Program-made: the position numbers and the translations under genes
Shown here: piece after piece, positions 26,037 to 39,102 of the stretch
How positions within the stretch are numbered: position 1 is the stretch's first letter
Layout of the letters: every line of letters begins with the position of its first letter
Origin: Massalongia carnosa
Lineage: Eukaryota
Assembly: GCA_965645245.1 (NCBI GenBank)
Contig: OZ287071.1
Location: 2,604,001-2,668,000 of the forward strand
DNA: 64,000 nucleotides
Direction of reading: 5' to 3'
The notes under the pieces: model-generated
The model's input: the letters and a program-made list of their open reading frames with translations, nothing else
Databases searched by the model: none
Told to the model about the DNA's origin: nothing

Positions 26037-27354
26037 TTACTGGACCATACTTGTATTCATAAATTCCTAACCATGGTCAGCCAGAACCGTCACAGCCAAA
26101 ATGTCCAGAACCGACCGGGAAGTTGGTTTGTAGCATTGAGGCAACCCGTTCCACTTCTTCTGCTAGACCTTGCACCTTGGCATCCCATTTTTTTAGACCT
26201 TGGGCCACTGCTACGTTGGCATGGCCGAGGCTACTCCACTCTCCGCTTCCCTCCCCGCCGTCGAAAAATATCACACCGTCGATTTGGTCAATTCTGCCGG
26301 TCAAACGTTTCTGCTCAAGCATTCGCGCTGCATATTCTTCCGCTTTTTCAGCATCTAAACCTAGTAATACCCCAAGCTCGCCGACACCTATATTATTATA
26401 CAATTTGGATGCGCTTAGAAGATTGTGTTCTATTACGGCTTTGGCCAGGACGGTTGACCCATCTGCAGTTTGTGCAAGTTGATGGGGGCGGAGCTTGTCC
26501 GCAAACTTGTCCACCTCGACTTTAGATAAGAGGCGGTCCAGAAACATTTTCTCTAGAATACCAAATTCTGGGACTTGGGGCGTTCTCTCATCCTTGTACA
26601 GTTTTCCCAACGTGCGGGATCGTTGAGGGCCCGCTGGAGCCAAGACGGCGCAGACAATAGCCGACGAAAGAGAGCGTGTTCGTTCTTCTTCGTCGAGTGC
26701 TCTGGAAAAGCTGAAGCTGTGGTAGACTTGGCTGGCCTCCAAGAATTTTCGCCTAGAGTCTAGGATCCGAGCTTGTGACAACTGAAACGTCAGATTCAGT
26801 TCTTGGTCCTCCACTTTGTAAAGCAGGTTCTTAGCCCGATTTAGATAACTCTCTGCGCTCGTAGTGTCGTCTTCTTCCAAGTAAAGGCGGCAAATGCGTA
26901 TCCAGGTCATGACTTTTGAGTGATCGGAAACCTTGCGTTGAGACGACTCTAACTGTATGCCTTGCAGCATTTTGGCGGCTTCAACGTAGTCATCCTGTGC
27001 TTGGTAGGCATCCGCAAGCATCTCACGAATCAGAGCATTTTGTTCCTCAAACGACACGACCCTTGACTCCAAGGCCTGGAGAGCATGGTTTCCCACGGCA
27101 ACCCGATCCTGTGTACTCGTAATCGTTTTGATTGCATCGACGGCAGCGGCGAGAAGAGACCTGGCCGCGACAATACCTAAGTTCTCTCCGAGGATGGAGT
27201 CAATGAAGGCTGAAAGATCGGCGGTAACCTGTGGGGATCCCAAGTCTGACTTGATCCTGGTCAGGATTTCCGTATATGCCGATGACCTATCCTGCTGCGC
27301 TGTTGATGAGCTTTCGAGGCTTGCTAGAGCCGATTTGATGGGCGAATACGCCAT
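26037..27354 (-). CDS. CSN4: COP9 signalosome subunit 4
   Basis: WIRICRLYLEEDDTTSAESYLNRAK, CAVLAPAGPQRSR and a PCI domain (AVIEHNLLSASKLYNNI, GRIDQIDG). Short last exon EFMNTSMVQ*. Confidence 0.93.
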
Positions 27355-27756
27355 AACCGGGTGGGAACAGTTGCTGGGTTTAATTCTGAAAATGTAAGTT
27401 TGTATTGTGGACATGCATGCCTTGTGAATGACACATTTTATACAGTATCACATTCCTTGCTTGACACATTGAAATCGGGGTTGAAGTCCAAGAGATGTGC
27501 ACTTACCTGTTCCTTAGATATGTACCACTTGTAGGCTTAAATGTAGCTACATAAACATGGTATTTTACAGAAACACAGCAGAAAGTGATGAACGACGGTG
27601 CCGGAAAATCATCTATTTCACGAGTTGGCGATATCCCACCTTTCATTGCCCTGAGCGTTTCTCGTCATTCTTTAGATCCTAGATCCTATGATCATTTCTT
27701 TATGAGCTTCAACAACTGAACCCAGAATCTCGTAGCTATCATTTGTTCTGCCAAGA

Positions 27757-29123
27757 ATGGCGACTCAGCATGCGACAGATTCCTCGGCTTTCATACCCGA
27801 ATCCCTCAACCAGCCAACTATAAATGGAGACCCGCACCGCATCAAGACCGAGACAGACTCTCACCCTCCGTCACCCTCACCTCCATCCGACGAAGATATC
27901 TACGAAGATGCTGGAGATCTTGACTTCGCGGGCACTACCCAGGGTGTATATCTTGTCAGGATTCCCAAGTTTCTTTGGGAAACTTGGGCGAAGCTCGACG
28001 GTAACGACGAGGTACAAATTGGGACGATTAGAGTGGAAGGCAGCCCTCATAACGTGAAAAGGGTATGTCAACCTTTTGTTTGATGGAAAGTCTACCACCT
28101 TGTCTCACTGATGGTCTACCGCTAGATGAGCCTTCTACTGTCCTCGGATGCGGTGCAGAATGAGACGGTGCCGAAGGAATACAACATGCACGTTACGAAC
28201 CAAAACCCGACGAACACGTTCATCTTTACGGAACAGGATCTCCCGGGGTATACGTCAAGAATGAAGCGCGGAGCACGACATGGACAGGTGAATAGGAGCT
28301 CATCAGGCCGAATGCAGCCTCGCTACACGCCAAGAGACCGTTCGAGGCCAGGTTTGCAGAATATTGACAAAACCAAGCGATGGCAGCCGAGTTTTCGAAA
28401 GGCAATTCCAAGTAAGTGGACCCAGACACAGGCTCCGGCGTGGACATGACGGTGGAGACTAGAACAAACCTCCCTGGCGGGGCAAATCCAAACCGAAATC
28501 AACTGCTTGCCAGTAGAAAATGCCGAGTATCGACAGATCATGGATCTTAGAGCCAAGCAAGCCATGAAGCCCAAAGCGACGACGAGACTTTTGGATGGCC
28601 CTGTATCGGGGCACGGTGGCAACATTCTTGCTCCTGGAACGCTAGGACCCTCTGGAAACTTCGACAGCTTTATCGTAAGATTCTGACGCATCACGAGTGA
28701 TGACATGGCTAACATTCGCAGAAAAACACTGGAACCCAGCGAGGAAAAGCGCCTGAGTCCCGAGCTGCGCGGATACCACAGAACGAGCTGCTAGACCTGA
28801 TCTACGAATGCTTCAAGAAATACAATTACTGGCCTCTGAAGTCGTTGAAAGCCGAGCTCAACCAGCCCGAGGCATATCTGAAGCAGACGCTGGAGATGGT
28901 CGCTCATCTTGTCCGGCAGGGACCGCATGCGATGACGTGGCAACTCAAGCCCGAATCGAAAATCGGTGCCTACGCCGATGCGCGACTGTTTGAGCAGGTC
29001 AAGGACGAGGTGGCGCCCGACATGGGCTTCGATGGGGCGTCGGACTACAAGGAGTTTGGCGAGCCGGTTGCGAGCGACGAGGATGACGAGAACGTGAAGA
29101 TGAAGGATGTGGTGCCACACTAG
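27757..29123 (+). CDS. TFG2: TFIIF beta subunit, 4 exons
   Basis: YEDAGDLDF..VYLVRIPKFLWETW, VPKEYNM, and winged helix ELLDLIYECFKKYNYWPLKSLKAELNQPEAYLKQTL. Confidence 0.92.
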
Positions 29124-29268
29124 AAGATTACTTGCGATTAACAGTGAATCTAATCTGACATTCAATCTACGAGCGTTAATGTGAGCTATCATATCACCCA
29201 GACTGCAAATTTTCATACGAACGGGTTTTCAAAGCTTTTGCATGAACCGAAGCATCTATTGATATCTA

Positions 29269-30119
29269 TCATTTCCTCACCCTTCTCGACTTCGTTTCTT
29301 TAGCTGCACTGTTACCCGGCTTCTCCCACGACTCAACCCTAACCTCCGTAGCCTCCACCTGACCCACCTCCGCTGCGCTGCCCCTCCCATCATTCCCTAG
29401 CTCCCTCGCCGCCCCCTGCGCATTCTTCGGATCCGCCTCGCCAACCGCCGCGACGGCGGACGCGAGCCATTGCTGAAAGCGTTTCACCACGAAATGCCCG
29501 TCCGCATCAAACCACCGGGTAAATGGCGCCGAAATCTCCAACGTCGTCCAGGAGTTCTGGGCCCCTGAGGGATCGGCCTGGCGCACCGTAAGGTTGTACA
29601 CGGGGGTGTTCTTCTTCACGTGCGAGGCGATTGACAGCTACCACCCTTTGCGTCAGCAGGAAATCTCCACGGACGGATAATCCCAATTGCCTGTCTGCCG
29701 ACACGGCAAACCAACCCTCAACCCCCCAAAATCATACCAAAACACGTTCATTCCCGCCCGTGAAAATCTTTCCCTTCTCCACCCCCCACACCCAAGCCGT
29801 CAGCGCCCCGTTCAGCACAAAATAAGCCACCACCGCCCACAGCGTCACGACCTTGGTCTGCTCCCATCCCAGCCGGTAGTCCAGCGCGAACGTCGCCGCC
29901 GCAATGGCCACTGCGCTGTAGCCGAGCCCGAGCCGCACGTCAGCTAGTAGGTGCGATGGCGTGAAGCGGAGTGAGGAGAGGTAGTTGGGGAGGGCGTCGT
30001 CGGTGGTATTCTTGAGGTCTGGGAGGTGCGGGGGTGGGTTTAGTGGGTGGGTAGCGGGGAAGGGAGGTGGGGGAGAACTAACCGGCGAGCGAGTAGACGG
30101 CTATTTTCGGGGATGACAT
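29269..30119 (-). CDS. SPC2: Signal peptidase complex subunit 2 (SPC25 family)
   Basis: MSSPKIAVYSLA|DLKNTTDDALPNYL, two TM segments (RLGLGYSAVAIAA; AVVAYFVLNGALT), APFTRWFDADGHF. Confidence 0.88.
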
Positions 30120-30312
30120 CCTCTGAACAACGACAATGGTAACGACAATGGGATGGATAGGTAGAGAGTGGGAAGTTTGGATAACCGGTTCTGTTGTATT
30201 GTGTTCGTGTCAATGAGGGAATAAGTAAAGAGGGCTTAGGCAACGTGGTCTGTGGTTAGGTGGTGATGTTTCACGGGTGAAGTATTATAAGTTTAGTAGT
30301 ACAGAGCTCAGA

Positions 30313-30330
30313 GTACTCCGTACGGAGTAC
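30313..30330. promoter_or_regulatory. Perfect 18-bp palindrome GTACTCCGTACGGAGTAC in the SPC2/EMC3 divergent promoter
   Basis: Directly visible. A second palindrome ATTACGTAAT (bZIP-type) lies at about 30385. Function is inferred only. Confidence 0.4.
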
Positions 30331-30483
30331 GGAGTACTGATCAATTATTTACAATAGTTTACAATACGTAGATACAAGTCTTGATTACGTAATATCCGCA
30401 TCTCTAATCTTACCATATAAGTTCGATATTCCGCCAGCTCTCCTGCTTCTCAGCCTTCTATTATCTTCTCCCTGAAATTAGCC

Positions 30484-31684
30484 ATGGCAGCAGCAGCCCC
30501 AATGGTTCAAACCATCCATCGGGATCCAGCACTCTTGTAAGCCCTTCCCGGTCACCTACCTACCTAACCCTCTCATAAATATCACCAAATGAACCCTTCG
30601 CTCACTCATCTAGCTACTGGATCCTCTTCCCCATAACTATCGTCATGGTTCGTTGTTCTTACAGCTACTCCCCCCCCACAAGCAATACGCCCCTCCCGCC
30701 CCTCCCGCCCCTCCCGAACCCAAACAGTCATTAACCCCCTATATCCCCCCATCCCCAGATTCTGACAGGAATCCTGCGCCACTACGCGACCATACTGCTC
30801 GCCAGCCCGCCGCACAAAAAGCAGCCGCCCGCCACCCTCCGCGAAGAGCGCAGCCTGCTCCGGGGCATCAACCTGCGCACGAACGCGCACGCCATCTCGC
30901 CCGCGGCCTTTGTGGCTCGCAAGACTTATCTAGTCGCAGCCTTCAAGGATGGGGTATTCCTCAAGGATCCCGAAAATAGGGGCAAGCCCGCTGCGAACCC
31001 GATGACGGACCCGGCGGCTATGGAGGGCATGATGGGCATGATGAAGGGGAATATGGCGATGATGATCCCGCAGACGCTGATCATGAGCTGGATCAATGCC
31101 TTTTTTGCTGGATTCGTTATTAGTGAGCCCTTTTTCCTCGTCTTGCTTTTTCTTGAACACGCCAGTTAGTGTTGTATGGATATAATATATATGCTAAACT
31201 CAAGCCTCCCCGCCGCCGCTATAGTGAAACTCCCCTTCCCGTTAACGTTGCGGTTTAAATCCATGCTCCAGTCCGGCGTGGCAACTCGCGACCTCGACGT
31301 CCGCTGGGTCTCGAGCCTCTCCTGGTATTTCCTCAACCTGTTCGGGCTGCAATCCGTCTTCATATTCCTACTCGGCAACGAAAACGGTAATCATCCCTTC
31401 TCCTCTCTCTATCCCTCTTCTCATACGAGGACCTCCCCCCTCAGAACGCGAAATACAAAAACCAACCGCTAACGCCAACCGCCCCCGCCATCCAACAAAC
31501 AGCCGCAAGCCAGATAGCCCAACAGATGTCGCAGATGAACCCCACCGCCACCGCGGGCCTGTTCCAGCCAGGGCAAGATCCAGATAAGGTATTTCTGGCC
31601 GAGGCGGAGAATCTAGAGGTGCTAGAACACGAGTATATCCTCAGAGGCGTCGAGGAGCGCGTGCTTTTGACAGCTGCTGTGTAA
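30484..31684 (+). CDS. EMC3: ER membrane protein complex subunit 3
   Basis: [76 protein letters not shown]. Confidence 0.93.
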
Positions 31685-32101
31685 AGAATAGAATACGAAT
31701 TGAATGAAATGTTTTTCCCCCGGGGTTTTATTGTGTGAAACCGATTTATTTATTTTTAAAAAAGAAACGGACCTATTTCAACCAAACCAAACCGAACCAA
31801 CTCAGAATCACAATCATTCTGAGCCATAATCAGAACCCGAACCAAAAACCCGAACTCAAACAGGCTATCTTCAATCGAATCGAATCGAAACTAAGAAACT
31901 GAAGATAGGTGCTGAAACACGAGTCTTGTATTGTACTCTGTATTATTTTATTCTTCTTCTTAGAGAGGCGTGGAGAAGGAGAAGGAGGAGAAGGAAGACG
32001 AAGGGATGAGAATGTGTGTGATTGGGATTTGAGATTTGGGATTCTAGATTGTGAAATTTGAGGATTGATTGATTGATTGATTAAATGACATTGTATTGTC
32101 G

Positions 32102-32170
32102 ATGTATGTATGTATGTATGTATGTATGTATGTATGTATGTATGTATGTATGTATGTATGTATGTATGTA
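32102..32170. repeat. (TATG)n microsatellite, about 17 units
   Basis: Tandem tatg units; also adjacent (GATT)n. Confidence 0.95.
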
Positions 32171-32383
32171 TATATGAATGTATGTATATATGATACGTAT
32201 GAATAGGAATAGATAGATCCTCGTACTGATACAACCGAGAAGCCGTTCATCTGAGTTGTGTGAGAGACGGGAATATTAATAACTTGTTGTGGTTCAGATC
32301 AAATTTCAACGGGCATAAAAACACTACTACCGCTTCTGAAATCTTCTCAGTCCAGCTTTTTCTGGTTCCTAGAGTCCTCCCCT

Positions 32384-35300
32384 TCATTCAGATTTCCACA
32401 TATCGTACATGACAAATAAACCCCACCCCCCAAAACACCGATCTATCGCCCTCATCTCCATCTCCCCCGACGTGCTTTCTAGCTCCGCTTCGTGCTTTTC
32501 CGAAAAGTCCATCTCCGCCAAGTCCGGCTCCGTGCGCATGCTCACGGCTTGGGGGCTGACGACGCCGCTGCGCGGATCCAGGCGCTGCGTGCTCATCGTC
32601 GTGGCCAATTCCGGAATGTCGGCCATGCCTAGCTCCATCAGCTCGTCGTACTCGGTGGTTCGGGGGTCCTTGCGGCTGCGGCGGGAGAAGAACCGGTTGC
32701 GGTGGATGAGGGAGGACGGATGGCTGCTGAGCTTGCTGCGTGAGATCGGGGATGGACTACCTCGAGAACCATCCTCCCTGGTATGAGTTGGATCCTCCTG
32801 CCGAGAGCCGTGGTCCTCAGCAACTGCGTGGAATCCGTTGCCGGCGCGAGGGCTTTTATCTCTGGAAACCCGAGTAGGGTTGGCGTTATCGTATAGATCG
32901 CCCATAAGATTTCCTGAGCTGATATCCTGCATTCCAAGCGAAAAGGCCACCCGGTTCGACATTGACGAGATGGATTCGCCGCGGTTGCGTGTGGCATGGG
33001 ACGCGCCGCCTCCATTGCGCAGGATGGATGTGCTGCGAGGAAGGTAGCCATCATCGGAAGTCTCCGGCACGAACGGGGCGTCGCGGTTCAAAGAGCCTAA
33101 GCGAGGCCCAGAAACATCACCGCTGGGGGGGCCCATTTGCCCATGTCTCATGTTAGGTTGACCGTGATGCTGGACGTAGAATGGCAAAGTCGGGTTCTGG
33201 CCTGGCAGGCGCATCCATGGTCCTTCAATGCCAGCCTCTTGCATTGAGACCATCAGAGCATATATAGACTTATTTTGTCGTTGCAGCCGAAGCAGTTCGT
33301 TTTGTCAATTGGATTTGTAAAAAACCACATTCAAATTGACCGAGTGCGCTTCCACGATTTCTCGGATTTCCTGTAAATGAGTTCGGTCGGTCTGTCGTAT
33401 AGCTTCTGCCGAGTCAAATTTTGGGGTTCGTATTGTACATGTAGAGCGTGCCTGCACCCTATTAGGGGGGTCTCAAATCAAATAGGAAAAGCACCAACAA
33501 AAAAATGTCTGCTCACGGTGAGAATATTAGGCTGGTTCTCTCGTTTTTCCAATTTCATATATTTCAGCAGGCACTGACGAGGTCATCGATCTGGTCCAGA
33601 GTCGCTCCAAACTTCACAGTCACAGGAACAGCTTCAGCCAAGCCTCCAGTGCGGCGCATGTTGAGGATGAATAATGTGTTCAGGTAGCTATTAGGCGCCT
33701 GAACAATGTGGCCCTCGATTTTCTTGCATTCGATATACAGTAGGGAAATCTCCTTGACGAAATAGTCGTCGCCTTTCATCGTTACTCCCGAGTTGCCTTA
33801 GATATACACACGGTCCCCACAGTTAAAAGGATGCTTGATGAGAACGAAGATGGATGAAGCCAGAAACTCCTGAGCTGTCCCCGAGAACAGCCACGATAGC
33901 GCTTAAACCTTCCATCGCAAGTACTTGATCGCACTTTCGGATGTCCGATTTTCTTACTGCGGAGCCGGCGCTTGTGAGAATTCCAGCGGCGAAAGTGGAA
34001 ATTAACGAGATCAAGACCAGTACGGTGATAGCCAGGACGAAAAACAGCAATATTGCATCTAATTTCGATACCACCGAATCAAGGTCCTTCAACGACGCCG
34101 TGATAGACTTGCGTTCTCTTCTAATCTCCACACACACGGCCTCCAGCCCATTCATGGAGATATCCCCGTTGAGATCTCTATCAGACTGTTCCGCTGTCAG
34201 CGTGTTCATAGAAAAAGCCATGCGATCACAAGGACCGAAGCGTCCATGAAATCAAGGAACAGTATACCATCGAGAAGGCACTTTCGGCCTCTTCCTCGTT
34301 GCTAACGACGTTCTTCAAGTCCCCGGATAAAATGATTTCTGTGTCTTCCTGAACGAATGTTCGATCCGGATGTCGATGAGAGAAGAGTCAACATCACTTG
34401 GCGAGGAGGGGTGCTCTTGATAATCTGCTTCGCCGTAAAGTCCCCAGCGACTTTGCCGGCGGCATCCCCCACCTTGCCCAAAACATTCCGAGACCTTTTC
34501 TGGGCTTTGTCCAAATATTGCATAGGTGCTCTTGCTCCTGACGCCGGATCGGAGGGGGCACCCTCCTCAAGTCTGAGTCATCCATGGCAATTTTCTGTTT
34601 TGAATACTGATACAGCTTGGTCAAGCTACTAATCTAAAACTTATGAGCTCTATCCGATCCGCATATGTCCGCAGATGAAAGCTAACTGCGATTAACTGTA
34701 TGATTATCTTTTCCACCCAATTCAACATTGCCCCAACAAGAAACGAGATGATGACCTTGTCCATTGTAATCTCCCATTGCCGTGTCGTCGTGTTTCCATC
34801 TAAATGGTTATGGATCATCGGGAGTAAAAACGAAATCTCCACTGCCAGAGCCCAGAAAAACAGCGTAGCTGGAATCTCGAGCTGCTTGCACATATCTTTC
34901 CATTTTTTGCTGTTGTTGGTCATCACGCCTACCACGAGCCCCACCGGCACGGGTAGTGCTTTTGCAACTATCTAGTCCGCCGATTGGCGTTCGTAGAACC
35001 ACCAGGACCACGGGGATGTGTCACCCGTCCTCCCCAGAGAGTAAGCCAAAGAATTTCCAGCCACACGGAGAACCACATCAAACGCACCCCTCCGACGCTA
35101 GCTCTCCTGAACACCAGGGCCCCTAGCAGTAATGGAACGAGCAACAATGCAACAAGCGGCATGATGTAAGCAAAGTATCTTATCAGAAAGCTGGAATCGT
35201 GAGTTCCGTTGAACACACGCGCGAAATTGCTGCTCGGATATTCCTGGGGGGCTGAAAGCGGCAGCCTTCTCGTGTATAGGGTTTGTATCTACATTAAACC

Positions 35301-35650
35301 GGCCAACCAGCTCCGGTCTAGATCACGAGCGGTGCATTGACGTGGACTTGGTCAACCTCGCAGCGCTTGCATCGCCATTTGGGGCGCTTGAAGCCACACC
35401 CTCGGCGTGAAGCATGGCAAGATCATCGTCCAACCGATTCTCCTCCGCTCGCGATTTTGGTTGTGACGCCTGCACACGCAAATAACTGGACGCATCGTAC
35501 CCATGGGTTGTTGAGGCATTGAGACCTTCATACTGTCCTGATGGCGTTCGTTCGTCATCTGATGAACTCGCCTGCACAGTGCAAGGCAACTTGAGGCGGA
35601 TAATTCTCTCGAACGGGTGCAGACATAGACACTTGAAACCGCACGGTGAC
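32384..35650 (-). pseudogene. MscS-family mechanosensitive channel (Msy2-like), disrupted
   Basis: EKIIIQLIAVSFHLRTYADRIE, EF-hand [40 protein letters not shown]. Frameshift plus TAG at about 34630-34645 and in-frame TAA at about 33798. Confidence 0.8.
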
Positions 35651-36248
35651 ATCTAGGAAGGTAGCCGAAGGAAGTTATACAGAATTTTTATGTTGCAAAC
35701 GAAGTGATGTACATCAGCCACAAGAGAGGCAACCGAACGTGATGATGGATTAGAAAGGAGTGAATTAAAGGGAAAATCGAGTCACCATTCGAGAAATCCA
35801 TATTCCTGCTCGGAGAATGAAGCCCTAGATACATACTGTTACGAGTACCTATTTCGATACATAGATACCTTACGTGGAAAGGTACCGTATCTGTGCGTTG
35901 ATGTCAGTTCAACGATGATACAGAGTAGGTACAGGATACTTTGTACTCTGTACCAGGTTTTGGTATTCATGCAGGTACCGCAAGCTAGTGATTCCCTGTC
36001 CATGGATCCTTGTTGAAAACGTTCGCTTAGGGCTGTCGTCCACACGTTACGAATTAGAGGTACAGAGTATCGTACAGAGTACCTTACAGAGTACATAGTA
36101 CACAGTACGCGAATAGTACTCTGTACCCTGGAGATACATAGTATAGTTGAAGTTACTCTGCAAGGGATTGTGCCAGCAGCTGTACAGCGTCCAGTGTCCA
36201 GCATACGAAAGTACAGCAATACAGACTCCCAGAGGGAAAGTACAGAGT

Positions 36249-37668
36249 ATGGCTTCCCACCTGGGGAACATGCCCTCATGCAAAGTCGTCCTGGCTGCCA
36301 CCATTGCGAAAAGCCTGCAAGCCGAAGTGGCCGAAGGTTTATCAGCGCTAGAGAGCGCTCCATTACTCGTGGGCTTTCTGGCGAATGCTGACCGTGGTGC
36401 GCGATTATACGCAGATTGGACGGCCAAGACGTGTGCAGAAAAGTGAGAATGTCCAACTACATCATGGGCTCCTCACGGTCGTGCTTTCGCGAAGATTTCT
36501 GATCGGCAAACCAGTGGCTTTAGGTTCGAGTTACGGGAGGTCGACCGCGAAGAGCTGGAAGGCCATATCCTGGTGGCCAACCAGGATGAGACCATCGATG
36601 GCATCATCGTCTACTATCCTATCTTCAACAGTCGCCAGGACCAGTATCTGCAGCAACTGACGGACATCGGCAAGGATGTCGAGGGCCTCAGCCACCGCTA
36701 TCTCTTCAACCTGTACCAAAACAACCGGTTTCTTGACGAGGCAAACACGCAAAAGAGCATACTTCCGTGTACGCCGCTGGCGGTAATCAAGATCCTGGAA
36801 TATCTCCGCATATACAATACCATCCTGCCGTATGGGAATCGGCTGTTCGGTCGTTCCGTCACTGTGGTGAATCGATCTGAAGTGGTGGGGCGCCCATTGG
36901 CGGCGCTCCTGGCCAACGACGGAGCGTGCGTCTACTCGGTGGACGTGAACGGGGTACAGCAATTCACGAGGGGCGAAGGAATTCGAAAAAAGCGGCATGA
37001 AGTGGTGGAGAAGGAGGGATGGGGCTTGGGTGACTGCGTTCCGTTGAGCGATGTGGTCATCAGTGGCGTCCCGGGGGAATCCTTCAAGTTTCCAACCTAC
37101 CTTCTTCGGGAGGGTGCTGTGTGCATCAACTTTTCGACGGAAAAGGTAAGCAGATCCACGGGTCAGGACACGCTCCTTTCGCTCCATACTGGGTTGCCGA
37201 GGATTGTGCGGTTCATCGGTTTGTTCTGTAGGATACTCCAATGTTGGATCTCTAGAGCACTTGTTGATATGACAATTGATCTTTTATGTGCCTGTTGAAC
37301 GGAATTGGCATACAATCTGGATCATACTGTTGCACCTGGAATTGAATTTACGCTGCATCTCTCTATTCTACAGCCAGCACTTTACTATGCACGATCACAA
37401 TCTAACTCTTCATGTTGCTTGGACAGAATTTTGGGTCCGACGTCAATGAAAAAGCCTCCATCTACGTACCGGCCATTGGCAAGGTCACCATCATAGTACT
37501 GCTGCGCAACTTGTTGGTACGTCGCCATCTTTCCTTCCGGGAGATAGTCTGACCACGCTCCAGCGTATTGTGCAGAACAAGAAACAAAAGACGCAAGGCC
37601 ACCGTGAATCAGCGCCACTGGGAAATTTGAGTGGAGGGCAGGGAAGTGGAATGCCTGGAGACGCATGA
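36249..37668 (+). CDS. MTD1: NAD-dependent methylenetetrahydrofolate dehydrogenase
   Basis: PLLVGFLANAD, DVEGLSHRYLFNLYQN, ILPCTPLAVIKILEYL, VVNRSEVVGRPLAALLANDGA, YVPAIGKVTI. Confidence 0.93.
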
Positions 37669-37952
37669 TGTATATAGTTGGCATCTTTAGCTAGTGTTCA
37701 GTAAACTTGTCCAGTACTGTACTTATCCAGCCATTGTGCGTTAGTTGTCGAGCTTTGTTAGGGTTTAACGAGATAGTCTGAGAAAGCGGTTCTTACACAT
37801 GATAAATCAATGGTGGATAGTAGTTATCGATAGTGAAGCCTCTAGAGTATTTTTTAGTGCTTGCGAGATAAGATAAGATCAAGCCATTGACCCTGTAACT
37901 CATCGACAGTACTGTGTCTCTAGTGTGCGATCATTATAATCATTGACGCAAA

Positions 37953-39102
37953 ATGCTACGGCAGATGTATGTAGGAGCAATTTCGCAGACGTAGTCGCTA
38001 TTAATTCCTAAACTAATACAAAAATCAGTAAACCCAAAAATGCGCGGTCGAAACGAGCGCTCGCAAAGCGTGAGCCTCTGTCCCACGAAAACACCAAAAC
38101 CGTCCTCTTTCTGCGCGGCACCAGCTCCTCGCTCCTCGTCAACGATCTGCTCACCGATTTCCACGCACTCAAACGTCCATTCGGGGTCCGATTTACCAAG
38201 AAGAACTCCATCCACCCGTTCGAAGACGCTTCAAGCCTCGAGTTCTTCTCCCAGAAAAATGACGCCTCGCTACTGCTGTTTGGCAGCCATAGCAAGAAAC
38301 GGCCGCACTGCCTCACGTGGATCCGATGCTTCGGCGGGCAACTCCTGGACATGATGGAGCTCTGCGTGGTGCAAGACACGGCGCGGACGCTCGGCCAGTT
38401 CAAAGGGGAAAAATGCAAGGTCGGAGTGAAGCCACTGTTGAGCTTCTCGGGCGCGGCGTTCGAAAGCCCGGTGGCAAATCCATACACGCTCGCCAAGAGC
38501 CTTTTCGTCGACTTCTTCCGCGGGGGCGAGACGCAGACGGTCGACGTGGAGGGGTTGCAGCTGCTGATCAGTTTTTTCGCGGGCGAAGAGGGCGCCGAGG
38601 GTCAACCAGCGCAGATCCACATGCGGTGTTGGAAGATTGTGACGAAAAAGAGCGGTCAGCGCGTGCCGCGGGTTGAGGTGGAAGAGATGGGGCCCAGGAT
38701 CGATTTTACGGTTGGAAGGGTCAAAATGGCCGATGAGGGCTTACAGAAGCAGGCGCTGAAAAAGGCTAAGGGACTCGATGTAAAACGTCCCATGTCATGC
38801 GTTTCCCTTCCCCCCCCCCTCCCCCCCCTTTCGCGAACCTGCTAACCCCCAACTCCCTACGCCCGCAGGCGAAACCGAGAAAGAACGTCGAGACCGACCC
38901 CGTTGGCGACAAGATGGGGCGGATCCACGTTGGCAAGCAGGACCTGGGCGATCTGCAGACCCGGAAGATGAAGGGGCTGAAACGAGCCCGGGAGGCCGCC
39001 GGCGGCAGCATCGACGAAGAGGAAAAGGAGGAGGGCGGCTCGGCTCCAGCGAGTCAGGGTGAGGAGGGAGTAGGTAGCAAACGGGCCAAGATGATGACTT
39101 GA
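37953..39102 (+). CDS. RPF2: Brix-domain ribosome biogenesis factor
   Basis: MLRQI|KPKNARSKRALAKREP, KKNSIHPFEDASSLEFFSQKNDASL, VEVEEMGPRIDF, GDKMGRIHVGKQDL. Confidence 0.93.

Noticed and set aside
31830..32250. HTYI-repeat ORFs
   Set aside because: Artefact of the (TATG)n microsatellite.
35839..37241. Minus-strand ORFs of 205 and 236 aa
   Set aside because: Antisense shadows of MTD1 and its promoter, with no domain signal.
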